A DNA stretch of 64,000 nt from NCBI GenBank assembly GCA_965204375.1, contig OZ241986.1, positions 320,001 through 384,000 of the forward strand. Reading direction: 5' to 3'. A model generated the notes under the pieces. It worked only from the letters and a program-made list of their open reading frames with translations. It had not been told where the DNA came from and did no database searches. Shown piece after piece: positions 48,101 through 57,909 of the stretch. A program made the position numbers and the translations under genes. Each line of letters starts with the position of its first letter. The stretch's first letter is position 1. This DNA comes from Candidatus Latescibacterota bacterium. GTDB taxonomy: Bacteria > Latescibacterota > UBA2968.

Positions 48101-49828
48101 CGAGAAATTACAGGAGGTGCTTCCTTTTTATCGCAGGATGTGCTCTTGCCCACATTTGGTGTGGGCAAAGCCGAAAAAATCGAAGTGCTCTCCCTGCGCT
48201 GGCCCAGTGGTATTGTACAGCAATTTCGCAGTGATAGAGACGATTTATCGGTCAATCGCGTTATAGATATTACCGAAAAACCCTCCCTGCCCCCTGCTCG
48301 CGTTCTTTTGTTTGCAGACGCGGCCAATTTGCTGGCCAATGGTATCTCCGAAATTGAACTCACCGCACAGATCGTCACAATAGACAACAGACCTTTGCCC
48401 ACCAGCGATCAGGCGGTTAAATTCCGCATAGAGAGCGGTAGTGGTCTCATCATTTCTTCTCAGAGGTCCGAAGCCGCCGGAGATTCCGTCGCGGTGCGCG
48501 ATGGCGTGGCGTATGCGCGTTTTCGAGCAGGTCGAGACCATGGGCGCGTTGTCATGGTTGCCGAAAGTGCGGGTCTGGAATCCGGGCGCGTTGAGATAGA
48601 ACTCCTCAAACCTTTTGGAGAAGATGCCCTGACCATTCGCACTATCGCCGGTTCGGGCGATGAGGTCGGTGGGTTTCAAGGCGATGGCGGCGCAGCTATT
48701 GAGGCACTTCTTCAGCGACCACAAGGCGTATTGGTCGATCCGTTGGGCAATATTTATATTGCGGATACAGAGAATCACCGCATTCGCTTTGTGAGTGTGG
48801 AAACAGGTATTATCCAGACTATTGCAGGGACAGGATATGCGGAAGATATTAATATGCCTCGAGGTATGGTTCTTCAGGGCGATTTGCTCATCAGTCAGAT
48901 GGGCAATCACGTTGTGAGCACGGTGCAGGATGAGGTGTTGTTCGCCTTTGCAGGAATTGGAATTGGTCAGTTTGGAGGCGATGGGGGGCGTGCTTTGGAC
49001 GCCAATTTGAGAAGTCCTGCAGGGCTTGCCATTGACTCGCGAGGGAATGTCTATATCGCCGATACGGATAATCACCGCATTCGCAAAGTCGATGCCAATG
49101 GTATTATTACAACTATTGTAGGCAGCGGCGATCCGGATCAGGGCGCATTTTTGGGCGATGGTGGTGCGGCCACACAGGCGCGCTTAAATCGCCCCAGTGC
49201 GGTTGCTATTGACGCGCATGACAATATTTATATTGCGGATACGGATAATCACCGCATTCGCAAAGTCGATTCCAATGGTATTATTACGACCATTGTGGGA
49301 ATGGGAATTGGAGGATTTTCTGGCGATGGTGGTGCGGCCACACAGGCGCAACTTAATTCTCCAAAGGGTATTGCCGTTGATACACAAGGATATCTTTTTA
49401 TTGCCGATACGAATAATCATCGCATTCGCTTGCTCGATTTGAATAGCGGCTTGATCCAGACTGTGGCGGGCACGGGGTCGGGACAACTCGATTTCGAAGA
49501 AGGCAGTGCCCTCGCCGGAAGTCTCAATGCCCCACATGGTTTGGCTCTTAGTCCAACTGGCACCCTGTTAATTGCGGATGCAGCAAATCACAGAATACGA
49601 GAACTGTCTGTTCTCTTTGATTTGGCTTTTGCATTGCCTGCTGTTCCACAGGCAAAAGCCTTCGATTTCAATGCCGATGGTCGGTTCGATTTCGACGATT
49701 TTCGGATCTTTGTCAACGCTTTTGACTCCGCCGATATGCGCTTTGATCTCAATGCCGATGGTCGGGTTGGGTTCGACGATTTTTTACAATTTGCCAGGGT
49801 TTATGAAGTGAGAAGTGAGATGCCATGA
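45131..49828 (+). CDS. Large secreted protein: NHL repeats, Ig-like (ASH) domains, FG-GAP repeats, ASPIC/UnbV, second NHL block, dockerin/EF-hand-like end
   Basis: Signal peptide; GNLYIADTDNHRIR units; WGDFDNDGDLDL units; SFLSQ..FGVG..RWPSG; D(F/L)NADGR..FDDF twice. Confidence 0.88.
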   Translation: MRYIYIFFCIFLISEAGVFAQTRGAIVTIAGGGLEDGDNVLATDVVLNRPLGIALDTRGNLYIADTDNHRIRRVDAITGIITTVAGTGEPGFSGDGGPATMALLNTPNAIAVDSAGNIYISSGGASESDVHNRRIRRIDAFGIITTVAGTGEGGFNDLVPALQATFHEIVALTMLGDIALLISDSLDENGQGNNRVRQFNLANNTIGTIAGNGSAQTSSIQDGGLATRAGLTPGQLAVTGNGDLLIADFNNGRIRRISRATRDTTVVVVINTVAGRGATSAENLSEDLYKGDGGPATGALFFSPSGVAIDGAGNIYIGDTGNNRIRVVETETGNVLTIAGTGVAGEGSEGTLGLLSDLGQPTHLLIDGNGDLIFIDAFNNRIRKLRDPAFRMPLFNAISTDIIFGRVSVGDPAVRHLRVENRGNLSVRIEAAISDNPGFRVLSELPFEVGIAQIAELEIVFDPVQTGVARGVITITTNDSRIPSATVNVQGWGDAANIGLFPSDVLIFDRTSIGQSQTLSVRISNLGAGVLVVPNATTTDSQFVVEQTDVLRIESGQSQRLPIIFRPQSEDLQQAVLTIFSNAPGTPAVRLQLRGIGQSAQPGGFVDVAPNMGLGDTGAGFGAAWADFDNDNDPDFYLVRSREPNRLYRNDGTGFTDIAPALGIDDSGDGSAGIWGDVDGDGDLDLYVTNFGESNRLYRNDGVRFTDIATTFGVDGSGDGYGAAWADYDRDGDLDLYVANFGANRFYRNDGNGFSERADSLGIGDIESGIQPAWGDFDNDGDPDLFLANSGPNRLFRNDGEQFTSVENIFSPVDTGPSFGATWGDFDNDGDLDLFIPYFGADNRFYINEDNGVFRDRAPEMMLNHDGRGRGAVWGDFDSDGFLDLYVTNSGQPNLYYQNEDGLFVEMSDSLGVALNADSRGVALADYDNDGKLDLYVAVQDGPDALFRNREADGNWIAIRLRGTDSSTDAIGTRLKIEFKDGDGNNRQAIREITGGASFLSQDVLLPTFGVGKAEKIEVLSLRWPSGIVQQFRSDRDDLSVNRVIDITEKPSLPPARVLLFADAANLLANGISEIELTAQIVTIDNRPLPTSDQAVKFRIESGSGLIISSQRSEAAGDSVAVRDGVAYARFRAGRDHGRVVMVAESAGLESGRVEIELLKPFGEDALTIRTIAGSGDEVGGFQGDGGAAIEALLQRPQGVLVDPLGNIYIADTENHRIRFVSVETGIIQTIAGTGYAEDINMPRGMVLQGDLLISQMGNHVVSTVQDEVLFAFAGIGIGQFGGDGGRALDANLRSPAGLAIDSRGNVYIADTDNHRIRKVDANGIITTIVGSGDPDQGAFLGDGGAATQARLNRPSAVAIDAHDNIYIADTDNHRIRKVDSNGIITTIVGMGIGGFSGDGGAATQAQLNSPKGIAVDTQGYLFIADTNNHRIRLLDLNSGLIQTVAGTGSGQLDFEEGSALAGSLNAPHGLALSPTGTLLIADAANHRIRELSVLFDLAFALPAVPQAKAFDFNADGRFDFDDFRIFVNAFDSADMRFDLNADGRVGFDDFLQFARVYEVRSEMP

Positions 49829-50448
49829 TCGCACTGCCAACACCTCAAAATATCAATCAGGCTGCCGATATTATTAAAAACGGCGGCCTGATTGCCTATC
49901 CGACCGAGACTGTGTATGGCCTGGGGGCAGCCCCCCATAACGATGAGGCTGTTCAGAAAATTTTCACTGCCAAAGGGCGTGCAGAGGACAAGGGGTTTAT
50001 TCTTCTGATTCGCGGTGTAGATGATCTTTCAAGGCTCGTCTGCGCTGTATCTCCGACAGCTCAAATACTTATTGAGGCATTTTGGCCGGGACCGCTCACC
50101 CTTGTTTTTCGCGCCAATCGCGATCTTTCTCCTGCCTTGCTCGGCGGACGCGATACGGTAGCTCTCCGCCATTCGAGTTCGCCCATTGCCTTCCAATTGC
50201 TCACTGCACTCGGCGGTCCCCTCACGAGTACGAGTGCCAATCGCTCTACAGAGCCTCCGGCGCGTTCGGCATCCGAAGTGCAAAACGCGCTGGGCGAGCA
50301 TCTCGATCTCATTCTCGACGGTGGGCCTTCCGACAGTACGCCCCCTTCTACACTTGTCGATGTTTCTACCGACCACGCAATTCTCCTGCGCGAAGGTGCT
50401 GTTTCTGCTCAAAAACTCAGATCGCATATTCACCTTTATAAAAAATAA
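49825..50448 (+). CDS. tsaC: Threonylcarbamoyl-AMP synthase (Sua5/YrdC)
   Basis: YPTETVYGL, KGR, FWPGPLT, STSAN. Confidence 0.93.
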   Translation: MIALPTPQNINQAADIIKNGGLIAYPTETVYGLGAAPHNDEAVQKIFTAKGRAEDKGFILLIRGVDDLSRLVCAVSPTAQILIEAFWPGPLTLVFRANRDLSPALLGGRDTVALRHSSSPIAFQLLTALGGPLTSTSANRSTEPPARSASEVQNALGEHLDLILDGGPSDSTPPSTLVDVSTDHAILLREGAVSAQKLRSHIHLYKK

Positions 50449-50476
50449 AAGGCGAGAAGAAAAATCTCCTCGCCTT
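50449..50476. terminator. Hairpin between convergent genes
   Basis: AAGGCGAGAAGA/TCTCCTCGCCTT stem, A-rich on the left side. Confidence 0.55.
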
Positions 50477-50503
50477 ATCGCGAATACGGGAAGCCATATT
50501 TGC

Positions 50504-51703
50504 TTAAAATGAAACATTGCTCATCACATAAGCCCAGTGCATGTTCTCGTTCAATCGGCCCAATGCCTTGATGGCATCTCGCGCCAGGGCAATTGTATAA
50601 CCGGTGACAAAGGTTACATTTTCGCTGTATTGATATGATAGTGTTAAATCGAGTTCATCTGCCAGATGACCCGATTCCAAATTGCCTTTTTGGGCGAGGA
50701 AGAACACATGTCCATCCGCTGCCAAACGCAACCGCTCTTCCTCATCCAGCGGTAAGGATACTTTTATCGCAAAGTCCTGAAGGCCCAGATTTTGAGTGTG
50801 GACGGGTATGTTGAGAAATAAATCGGCAAATCCGTAGTATTTGTGATTGGTTGCAAAGAGGGTGTCAAATGATTTCCATTTGCTGTCTTTCTCATTGCCA
50901 TCGCCAGACAAATAATCATACCACAGGGTCAGGCTACCACTGCCCAGTGTTGTGCCCAGTCTTCCGCCAAACATAAATGCCGAGCCGTTTGGTCCGCGTC
51001 GTTCGCCCGTTTGGAACGAGCCTTCTGCGCGGTAGATCCAGTTCGATTTTTCGCCGTAAATGCGCGCGCCGAGTGTCCATAGCCGCGTATTATCACTTCT
51101 GTTGAAGCCACTGGGGGATACGTGATGGTAGATGCTGTAAAAATCTGCGGATGTACTCGTTCCCGATGCAGTAGCATACAAAGCAGCCAGATAGGCATTG
51201 CCGCTTATACCTTCGGCTGTGGTATCGGATAGACGAACACCAACGCCTTGAACTGTACCCCATTGGGGTTTGGCGGTTACGATAACGCCATCGAATGCAC
51301 GCCCTTGTTGTGCCCATTCAACTGCGCCGATTATCCGCTGCCCGCCCAATCCTATCGCCTGTCGTCCAATGCGAAGGGATAGGGCTGTGTCGCCCATATC
51401 TTTGATATCCATATACGCCTGATGAAAGTCGAAATTGTCGGCATTATAATCGGTGAAGGTATTGGTTTCTTCACCCCACAGCCGCACATCCTGCAATTGA
51501 ATAAAGACATTTACATCCTGATCTAAAGTTGCTGTAATATTCAGCCGGGTACGCATGGATGTGAATACGTCGTGCCCATTGCCAACGGGATCTCGAAATT
51601 CCGTGCGAGGTCGAATTTGCCCTCCAAACTCGATATCTGTGGCTTCAACACCACTTGCTATAACGACAATTATCGCTATACCAACCAACCATCTCGACAG
51701 CAT
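50504..51703 (-). CDS. Alginate-export-family outer-membrane beta-barrel
   Basis: Signal peptide, FIQLQDVRLWG, LRIGRQ, WAQQGRAFDG, TNHKYYGFAD, terminal F. Confidence 0.8.
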   Translation of the reverse strand: MLSRWLVGIAIIVVIASGVEATDIEFGGQIRPRTEFRDPVGNGHDVFTSMRTRLNITATLDQDVNVFIQLQDVRLWGEETNTFTDYNADNFDFHQAYMDIKDMGDTALSLRIGRQAIGLGGQRIIGAVEWAQQGRAFDGVIVTAKPQWGTVQGVGVRLSDTTAEGISGNAYLAALYATASGTSTSADFYSIYHHVSPSGFNRSDNTRLWTLGARIYGEKSNWIYRAEGSFQTGERRGPNGSAFMFGGRLGTTLGSGSLTLWYDYLSGDGNEKDSKWKSFDTLFATNHKYYGFADLFLNIPVHTQNLGLQDFAIKVSLPLDEEERLRLAADGHVFFLAQKGNLESGHLADELDLTLSYQYSENVTFVTGYTIALARDAIKALGRLNENMHWAYVMSNVSF

Positions 51704-51803
51704 ATTAGCCTCCTGAATACAAATCTTTCAAATAGAGGTCACACCAAGTATAATATACTACAAAAGTTTAGACAATATAAGCTATCAAAAAACAATCTGC
51801 TTA

Positions 51804-53978
51804 TTACAACAAATTTCCCTGGACGGGTTCTTCGACAATTCCAACTCGAATGCGCTGGGCCAGGTTTGTGTGTCGTTCTGCAACCCGATTGTTGCGAACA
51901 GCCATCCCCAAGGCTTGTTTTGTGCCTACCAGCACGACCAGTTCTCGCGCCCGCGTAATGGCTGTGTACAACAAGTTGCGCTGTAACATCATATAGTGTT
52001 GCGTGGTCAAAGGCATTACCACGGCACGAAATTCTGCACCCTGGCTCTTGTGGACACTCATGGCATATGCCAGTACCAACTCGTCTAATTCCGAAAACTC
52101 GTATTCTATGACGCGGTCCTGAAACCGCACGCGCAATATATCATCCTCTATGCCCTGAACGCGCCCAATATCCCCATTAAAAACATCGCGGTCATAGTTA
52201 TTTCGCACCTGCATCACTTTGTCGCCTATCCGAAATCGGATACCGCCTCGCGTCATTTCCTGTCCTTTGGGATTTAACTCGTCTTGCAGGACATGGTTGA
52301 GATTGTTTGCGCCGGTCTCTCCGCGATACATCGGCACGAGTACTTGAATATCTTCAATACTGTCCAACCGATATGTGCGCGGCAAACGTGCAGCACACAA
52401 TCCACAAACCATCTCGACGACGTGATCGGGTTCCGAAACTTCGAGAAAAAAGAAATCCGCATCGCGATCATTCCGCACGTATGGCATTTCGCCGCGGTTG
52501 ATCGCGTGAGCATTGGTAACAATATGGCTCGTTTGTGCCTGTCGAAAGATTTCGTTGAGTTCCACGACTTCTACAATGCCAGACGCAATTACATCCTTCA
52601 ATACATTCCCCGCGCCAACCGATGGCAACTGATCGACATCGCCCACCAGGACTACCGAAGCGCTGATTGGAACAGCGCGCAATAGGCTGTTCATCAGAAC
52701 CGTATCGACCATGGATATTTCATCGACAATCAGAGCTTCGATCTCCAGGGGGTTCTCAAAATTTTTCTCAAACGCCATTTCAGACGGGCTAAATTTCAGC
52801 AATCTGTGGATAGTTTTTGCCTCATATCCTGTCGCCTCAGACATTCGCTTGGCTGCGCGTCCCGTTGGTGCTGCCAAGGCGATTTTTTTGTTTCGCGCCT
52901 CTAAAAGTGCGATCAGCCCTTTAATGGTTGTTGTTTTACCCGTTCCCGGGCCACCGGTCAATACCAGCAAATTGTGCGATAATGCTTTTTTCAATGCCAA
53001 TTTTTGACGGGGCGCGAATGTGACCCCGTCGCGCTGTTCTATGGCTCTGATCTCCGCTGGGATATTGCCCAGTTCAATGCGTTGCACTTGAGATAATTGA
53101 TAGCACCGCGTTGCCGCGCCCTGTTCGGCATAGTACAAATGCGGCAAATACACCCGCTCGTCATCGACGACTATCGATTCTTCGGAGAGCAATTGCGCCA
53201 CGCACGGTGGGATTGCATCGACGGGGACATCAAGTGCTTCGGCACACGATTCAATGAGCGCGTCTGCGGGCAAGAAAACATGCCCTTCTTTGTCTGCGGC
53301 TTCATTGAGTACATGCAAAAGACCGGCCTGAATGCGCCGGTTTGAATGTGCGGGTATGCCCATTTTTTGCGCGATGCGGTCTGCCGTCAAAAATCCAATC
53401 CCCCAAACATCTACCGATAGGCGATAGGGATTTTCTTGAATCAATTCAACGGCTTCATGCCCGTACCGCTTCCATATTTTTACGGCGTATCCCGTGCCCA
53501 CTTCGTGCGATTGCAAGAATAGCATTACATTGTGAATCTCGCGCTGGTCTTCCCAGGCTTTGATAATCCACTTTGCGCGTTTGGTCCCCAGTCCCTCGAC
53601 TTCGACCAGTCGTTTGGGATCTCTTTCAATGACATCGAGCGCTTCTTTGCCAAAGTGATTCACAATCCGCTTTGCCGTGACGGGTCCGATGCCTTTGATC
53701 AATCCCGAACCCAAATACCGCCGCATTCCCTCTACTGTAGATGGATGCACGGTCTGGTAGGATTCAATTTTGAACTGTGCGCCATATTGCTTATGGGTTG
53801 TCCATTCGCCTTCCAAAATCACGGTCTCGCCCGGGTTGATCGACAGCATTTCGCCCACAATGGTCGCCAGACGGTTGTTGTGTGCGGTGGATCCCTCTAC
53901 CTGCAAACGGGCAACCGTGTATCCATTCTCTTCGTTTTGAAATGTAATGCGATCTACAATTCCGCGAAGCTGAGCCAT
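51804..53978 (-). CDS. recD2: RecD-like helicase RecD2
   Basis: IKGIGPVTA, GGPGTGKTT, APTGRAAKR, HKSQGAEF, LYTAITRA. Confidence 0.95.
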   Translation of the reverse strand: MAQLRGIVDRITFQNEENGYTVARLQVEGSTAHNNRLATIVGEMLSINPGETVILEGEWTTHKQYGAQFKIESYQTVHPSTVEGMRRYLGSGLIKGIGPVTAKRIVNHFGKEALDVIERDPKRLVEVEGLGTKRAKWIIKAWEDQREIHNVMLFLQSHEVGTGYAVKIWKRYGHEAVELIQENPYRLSVDVWGIGFLTADRIAQKMGIPAHSNRRIQAGLLHVLNEAADKEGHVFLPADALIESCAEALDVPVDAIPPCVAQLLSEESIVVDDERVYLPHLYYAEQGAATRCYQLSQVQRIELGNIPAEIRAIEQRDGVTFAPRQKLALKKALSHNLLVLTGGPGTGKTTTIKGLIALLEARNKKIALAAPTGRAAKRMSEATGYEAKTIHRLLKFSPSEMAFEKNFENPLEIEALIVDEISMVDTVLMNSLLRAVPISASVVLVGDVDQLPSVGAGNVLKDVIASGIVEVVELNEIFRQAQTSHIVTNAHAINRGEMPYVRNDRDADFFFLEVSEPDHVVEMVCGLCAARLPRTYRLDSIEDIQVLVPMYRGETGANNLNHVLQDELNPKGQEMTRGGIRFRIGDKVMQVRNNYDRDVFNGDIGRVQGIEDDILRVRFQDRVIEYEFSELDELVLAYAMSVHKSQGAEFRAVVMPLTTQHYMMLQRNLLYTAITRARELVVLVGTKQALGMAVRNNRVAERHTNLAQRIRVGIVEEPVQGNLL

Positions 53979-54139
53979 ATAAAACCTCGGCGAACATGTT
54001 CTCCCATCACACAATCGGAGTGGTAGAGGAATTATACGACACTTGTCGCGGTTTTACAAGTTGTATCAAATTTGCAGTACACAAAATGTATAAAATCCGT
54101 ATATTATTGAAACACAACGTTTAACGGCTACGTCACAAC

Positions 54140-54280
54140 GGAAAAGAGGTTGGCCCAAAAGCATTGACACACCGCATGTACCTGTCGGTGTGATCTGGGG
54201 TCCTCGCGCCGTCCCGCCAAGAACTCGCGCGAGGGCCTTTCTTTTTTGGTACACGAGATGGTTGCCCTCGGGCCAACCAT
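54140..54280 (+). promoter_or_regulatory. Structured leader with terminator and alternative pairings
   Basis: Stems 54168-54192, 54199-54237 (+T-tract) and 54258-54280; GGTTGGCCC (54148-54156) complementary to GGGCCAACC (54270-54278). Confidence 0.45.
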
Positions 54281-54510
54281 GTCACAAATTGAAATTTTCC
54301 TGAAAAACAAAAAGCACCTACCCGTCCCTCCACCAAATCGCCAAATTCGACGTAAGGAACAAGCAGGTGCCTCGTGGACTGGTATGGCAACGCTGCTGAA
54401 ACGCTGTGCGTTCCGAAAATATTGTTTTTTTCACAGGCCAGTCGGCGGAAAATATAGCCAATCTCATATTCGAGGTCAAGGTCAAAGACGAAAAAAAAGG
54501 GAGAGATGAA

Positions 54511-55128
54511 ATGAAGCGGTTTACTACCGTTATTTTGCTCGGCTTGATATGGACGGCTCATGCGGAAGAAGATCGCAAGACGATTTTGTTTTTGGGGGAT
54601 AGCCTGACCGCGGGTTATGGCCTGGATAAAACGCAGGCTTTTCCCACGTTGATTCAGGCAAAGATCGATTCGCTCGGGTGGACGTTTGATGTGGTTAATG
54701 GCGGACTGAGTGGCGAAACATCGGCAGGAGGGTTACGGCGGGTCAACTGGTTGCTGCGGCGAAAAATCGATGTGCTGTTGCTGGCATTGGGGGGCAACGA
54801 TGGCTTGCGGGGGATTCCCACGGCTGAAATGCAGCAAAATTTGCAGGGGATTATAGATCTCGCAAAAGAGAAATATCCAGATATTCAGATCATACTTATG
54901 GGTATTGAAGCACCACCGAATTTGGGAGATGCATATACGACGGCTTTCCGCGCAGTGTTCCCGGCTCTATCTGAAAAGAATCGCGTGCCTTTGATACCCT
55001 TTTTGTTAGAAGGGGTTGGCGGGATTCCCGAACTGAATCTGCCAGACCGCATTCATCCCAATGCTGCGGGACATCGGATTATCGCAGAAACCGTGTGGCG
55101 CATACTTAAACCGGCATTAAAAAAGTAA
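54511..55128 (+). CDS. tesA: Arylesterase / acyl-CoA thioesterase (GDSL)
   Basis: FLGDSLTAGYG, GETSAGG, LGGNDG, DRIHP. Confidence 0.88.
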   Translation: MKRFTTVILLGLIWTAHAEEDRKTILFLGDSLTAGYGLDKTQAFPTLIQAKIDSLGWTFDVVNGGLSGETSAGGLRRVNWLLRRKIDVLLLALGGNDGLRGIPTAEMQQNLQGIIDLAKEKYPDIQIILMGIEAPPNLGDAYTTAFRAVFPALSEKNRVPLIPFLLEGVGGIPELNLPDRIHPNAAGHRIIAETVWRILKPALKK

Positions 55129-55162
55129 GAAGTGAGAAAAAAGAGAAAGGAAGAATGTGAAA

Positions 55163-55249
55163 ATGGATTTGCCAGAACGACCATTTGAGAATGAATACAT
55201 CGCCATACTGACCAGCATCATCAAAAAAATGCAAAGCAAACAACTCTAA
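55163..55249 (+). pseudogene. Internally deleted four-helix-bundle (23S rRNA IVP / TIGR02436) gene between inverted heptamer repeats
   Basis: MDLPERPFE joined in frame to NEYIAILTSIIKKMQSKQL*; flanked by aagtaagaagtgagaa and cttcacacttcctcc. Confidence 0.6.
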
Positions 55250-55265
55250 CTTCACACTTCCTCCT

Positions 55266-57827
55266 TTACACTTCGCCTCGCAATATTTCGAGTGGTGGTC
55301 GGTCGGCGATGCCGCGACTGTTGAGCATGCCGACTAAGATGGTGAGCGCGGTGACGAGGGCAAAGACGCCGACAATGGCCGCAGTGGGCAGGGCAAAGTG
55401 GATGTCGAAAATAAAGACGGTGACAGCCCAGGCACCGCCAATAGAGAGTATGAGTCCCGTCAGGGTAGCGAGTGCGCCCAGAAAGGTGTATTCCAGCAAG
55501 AGTATGCGGCGAATCTGTTTTTGAGATGCGCCCAAAGTACGCAGCAAAACGGCTTCTTGAATGCGCTGATAGCGGCTGGTGGTGACTGCGGCAGTTAGTA
55601 CAATGAGTCCGGTAATCACACTAAAGAGTGCCATGAAGCGCACGACAAAGGCGATTTGTGAGAGTACATCGTCAACGGTTTTGAGAATGAGACCGAGGTC
55701 AACAGCCGATACATTGGGGTATTGTTGTACCAGTGTGCGTTGCAATACAGCGGATTGTCCGGTTGTGTTTATGCGCGTGGTCAAGACGTGAAACTGCGGA
55801 GCGGTTTCGAGTACGCCTTTGGGAAAGACGATAAAAAAGTTTGGCTGGATGCGCTGCCAGTCAACTTCTCGCAGGCTTTGTACTGTGGTCTGAATGGGCA
55901 CGCCCTGGACGTCGAAGGTCAGGGTATCGCCGAGCGAGACGCGAAGCGAGCGGGCAATGTCGCGCTCAAAAGAAATGGGGATGGGTTCTTCGGTCCGTTC
56001 TGTATCGATCCAGGTGCCGCCTACGAGGCGTTCTGAATCGAAGAGGTGATTGCGATAGGTCGAGCGGTATTCGCGTTGTATTGCCCAGCGCCGCACGTCG
56101 TGTATTCTGCCGTAGGAACGCGCCTCTTGACCTTTGATGCTCTTCAGACGCATGGTGACGATGGAGGCATGGTGAATGACGGGCAGATTCTGTTTGCGGA
56201 GTAACGCGCTTACGCCTTCAATCTGATCGGTTTGCACATCGACGAGCACAAAGTTGGGGCGGTTGTCGCTCCCCGCGATGGCAATTTGAGCGAGCAAGGC
56301 GTGTTGCACAATATAGAGCGTGGTGATGAGAAAGGTGCCGAGGCCCAATGCGAGCATGAGAATTACGGTCTGATTGTGTGGACGGTAGAGGTTGGCCAGG
56401 CCCTGTCGCCACACGTATTGCCAGGTTGTGGGAAAGAAGCGGCGAACGGTTTTGATGATGAGCCACGATGCGCCTATGAGGAGTCCAAAGGCAATGCCAA
56501 ACCCGATGGCAATGCCAATTCCAATGAGGATACTACTGGTTTGCACAATGCCCAATCCCGCGACAATGAGACAGATCCCGCCGATGGTCATCAGTTGTAG
56601 GGGGTCTATTTGGGATCGCGCGTTTTCAAAAGATGCCCGCAAGGTGTGTAGGGGTGATGTGCGGCGAATAGGCAACAGGGGGAGCAATGCAAAGAGTAGC
56701 GACAGACTCAGGCCAATGCCGGTACCTTGAATGATCGCCCAATAGGAAAACTGAATATCGAGTTCAATAGGCAGAATTTGTGCGAGAACACCGGGCAGGA
56801 GATACTGAATGCCCATACCGAGGAGAGAACCGCAGCCCGTGCCAATAAGACCCAGCGCGATAGCCTGGATGGCGTAAATGCAGAGGATCTGATTCGATTG
56901 CGCACCCATGCAGCGCAGGATGGCGACGGTTGTTATTTTTTGGCGCGTATAAACGTGAATGGCACTGGCAACGCCGATACATCCGAGTAAGAGGGCGGCA
57001 AAGGCGACAAGACTGAGGAAGATATAGAGATTATCCAATATGCGATTGAGGCGTCTTTGACGGCTGGCAACGGTTTCGGTACGCAAATTTTGATCCCCGC
57101 GGTAGGGGCGAAGCTCGCGCTGGATGGATCCGATTCTCGTGCTGCTATCAAACTTAAAATAGGCCGCATAAGACGCCAGACTGCCAAATTTGATGAGGCC
57201 CGTTTTATCGAGATGCGATAAGGGGATGTACACACGCGGTGCAACTGTGGCAAAGGCCATAGCCTCGCCCGATATTTTTGTGATGCGTCCGCCTATGACA
57301 AAGGTGTGGTTGCCAATTCGCACAGAATCGCCGACCTGAACCCCAAATTGGATGAGCAAGCCATCGTCGAGTAGCGCGTGATGGGTATGCTGAAAGGTCT
57401 TCGACGCTTGTAGTGGATTGGTTTCAAATGTGCCGTAATAGGGAAAGTCGCCTTGTAGTGCACGCACCTGTACCAGGCGGGTGCCGCCGTTTTTGGGAAA
57501 GAAGACCATCGAGGCAAAGCGCACTTCTCTGGATTGCTCCCCACCCCATGAGTTGAATAGGGAGTCAACCGCAGGGGCAAAAGCACGCTGGCTGCTGACG
57601 CGCAAATCAGCACCTAAAAGTGTGCGCGCTTCGTTTTCGACAACGCGTTGCAGGTTATCGCCCAGAGCGCGAACGGCCACGAGGCCACCCACGCCGAGCA
57701 ATATACAGGAAATAAAGAGTAGCAATCGGTGGCGATACGTGCGACTATCGCGCCAGGCCATGCGCCAGGTCCATGCGTTGAAGAGTGGGCTGGAGGTCTG
57801 ATTTTTAATGCTGGTGATTCGATCCAT
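55266..57827 (-). CDS. ybbP: ABC permease, FtsX/YbbP-like
   Basis: MAWRDSR, LLGADL, AILRCMGA, PNFVLVDVQ, LLRTLGAS. Confidence 0.85.
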   Translation of the reverse strand: MDRITSIKNQTSSPLFNAWTWRMAWRDSRTYRHRLLLFISCILLGVGGLVAVRALGDNLQRVVENEARTLLGADLRVSSQRAFAPAVDSLFNSWGGEQSREVRFASMVFFPKNGGTRLVQVRALQGDFPYYGTFETNPLQASKTFQHTHHALLDDGLLIQFGVQVGDSVRIGNHTFVIGGRITKISGEAMAFATVAPRVYIPLSHLDKTGLIKFGSLASYAAYFKFDSSTRIGSIQRELRPYRGDQNLRTETVASRQRRLNRILDNLYIFLSLVAFAALLLGCIGVASAIHVYTRQKITTVAILRCMGAQSNQILCIYAIQAIALGLIGTGCGSLLGMGIQYLLPGVLAQILPIELDIQFSYWAIIQGTGIGLSLSLLFALLPLLPIRRTSPLHTLRASFENARSQIDPLQLMTIGGICLIVAGLGIVQTSSILIGIGIAIGFGIAFGLLIGASWLIIKTVRRFFPTTWQYVWRQGLANLYRPHNQTVILMLALGLGTFLITTLYIVQHALLAQIAIAGSDNRPNFVLVDVQTDQIEGVSALLRKQNLPVIHHASIVTMRLKSIKGQEARSYGRIHDVRRWAIQREYRSTYRNHLFDSERLVGGTWIDTERTEEPIPISFERDIARSLRVSLGDTLTFDVQGVPIQTTVQSLREVDWQRIQPNFFIVFPKGVLETAPQFHVLTTRINTTGQSAVLQRTLVQQYPNVSAVDLGLILKTVDDVLSQIAFVVRFMALFSVITGLIVLTAAVTTSRYQRIQEAVLLRTLGASQKQIRRILLLEYTFLGALATLTGLILSIGGAWAVTVFIFDIHFALPTAAIVGVFALVTALTILVGMLNSRGIADRPPLEILRGEV

Positions 57828-57909
57828 GAGGCAAATTAAAAATTAGGAATGGGGGCTGTTTGGGTGGACTGACCACTGATTTTGGGTGGCGGGGTATCCT
57901 GTTCATCCT

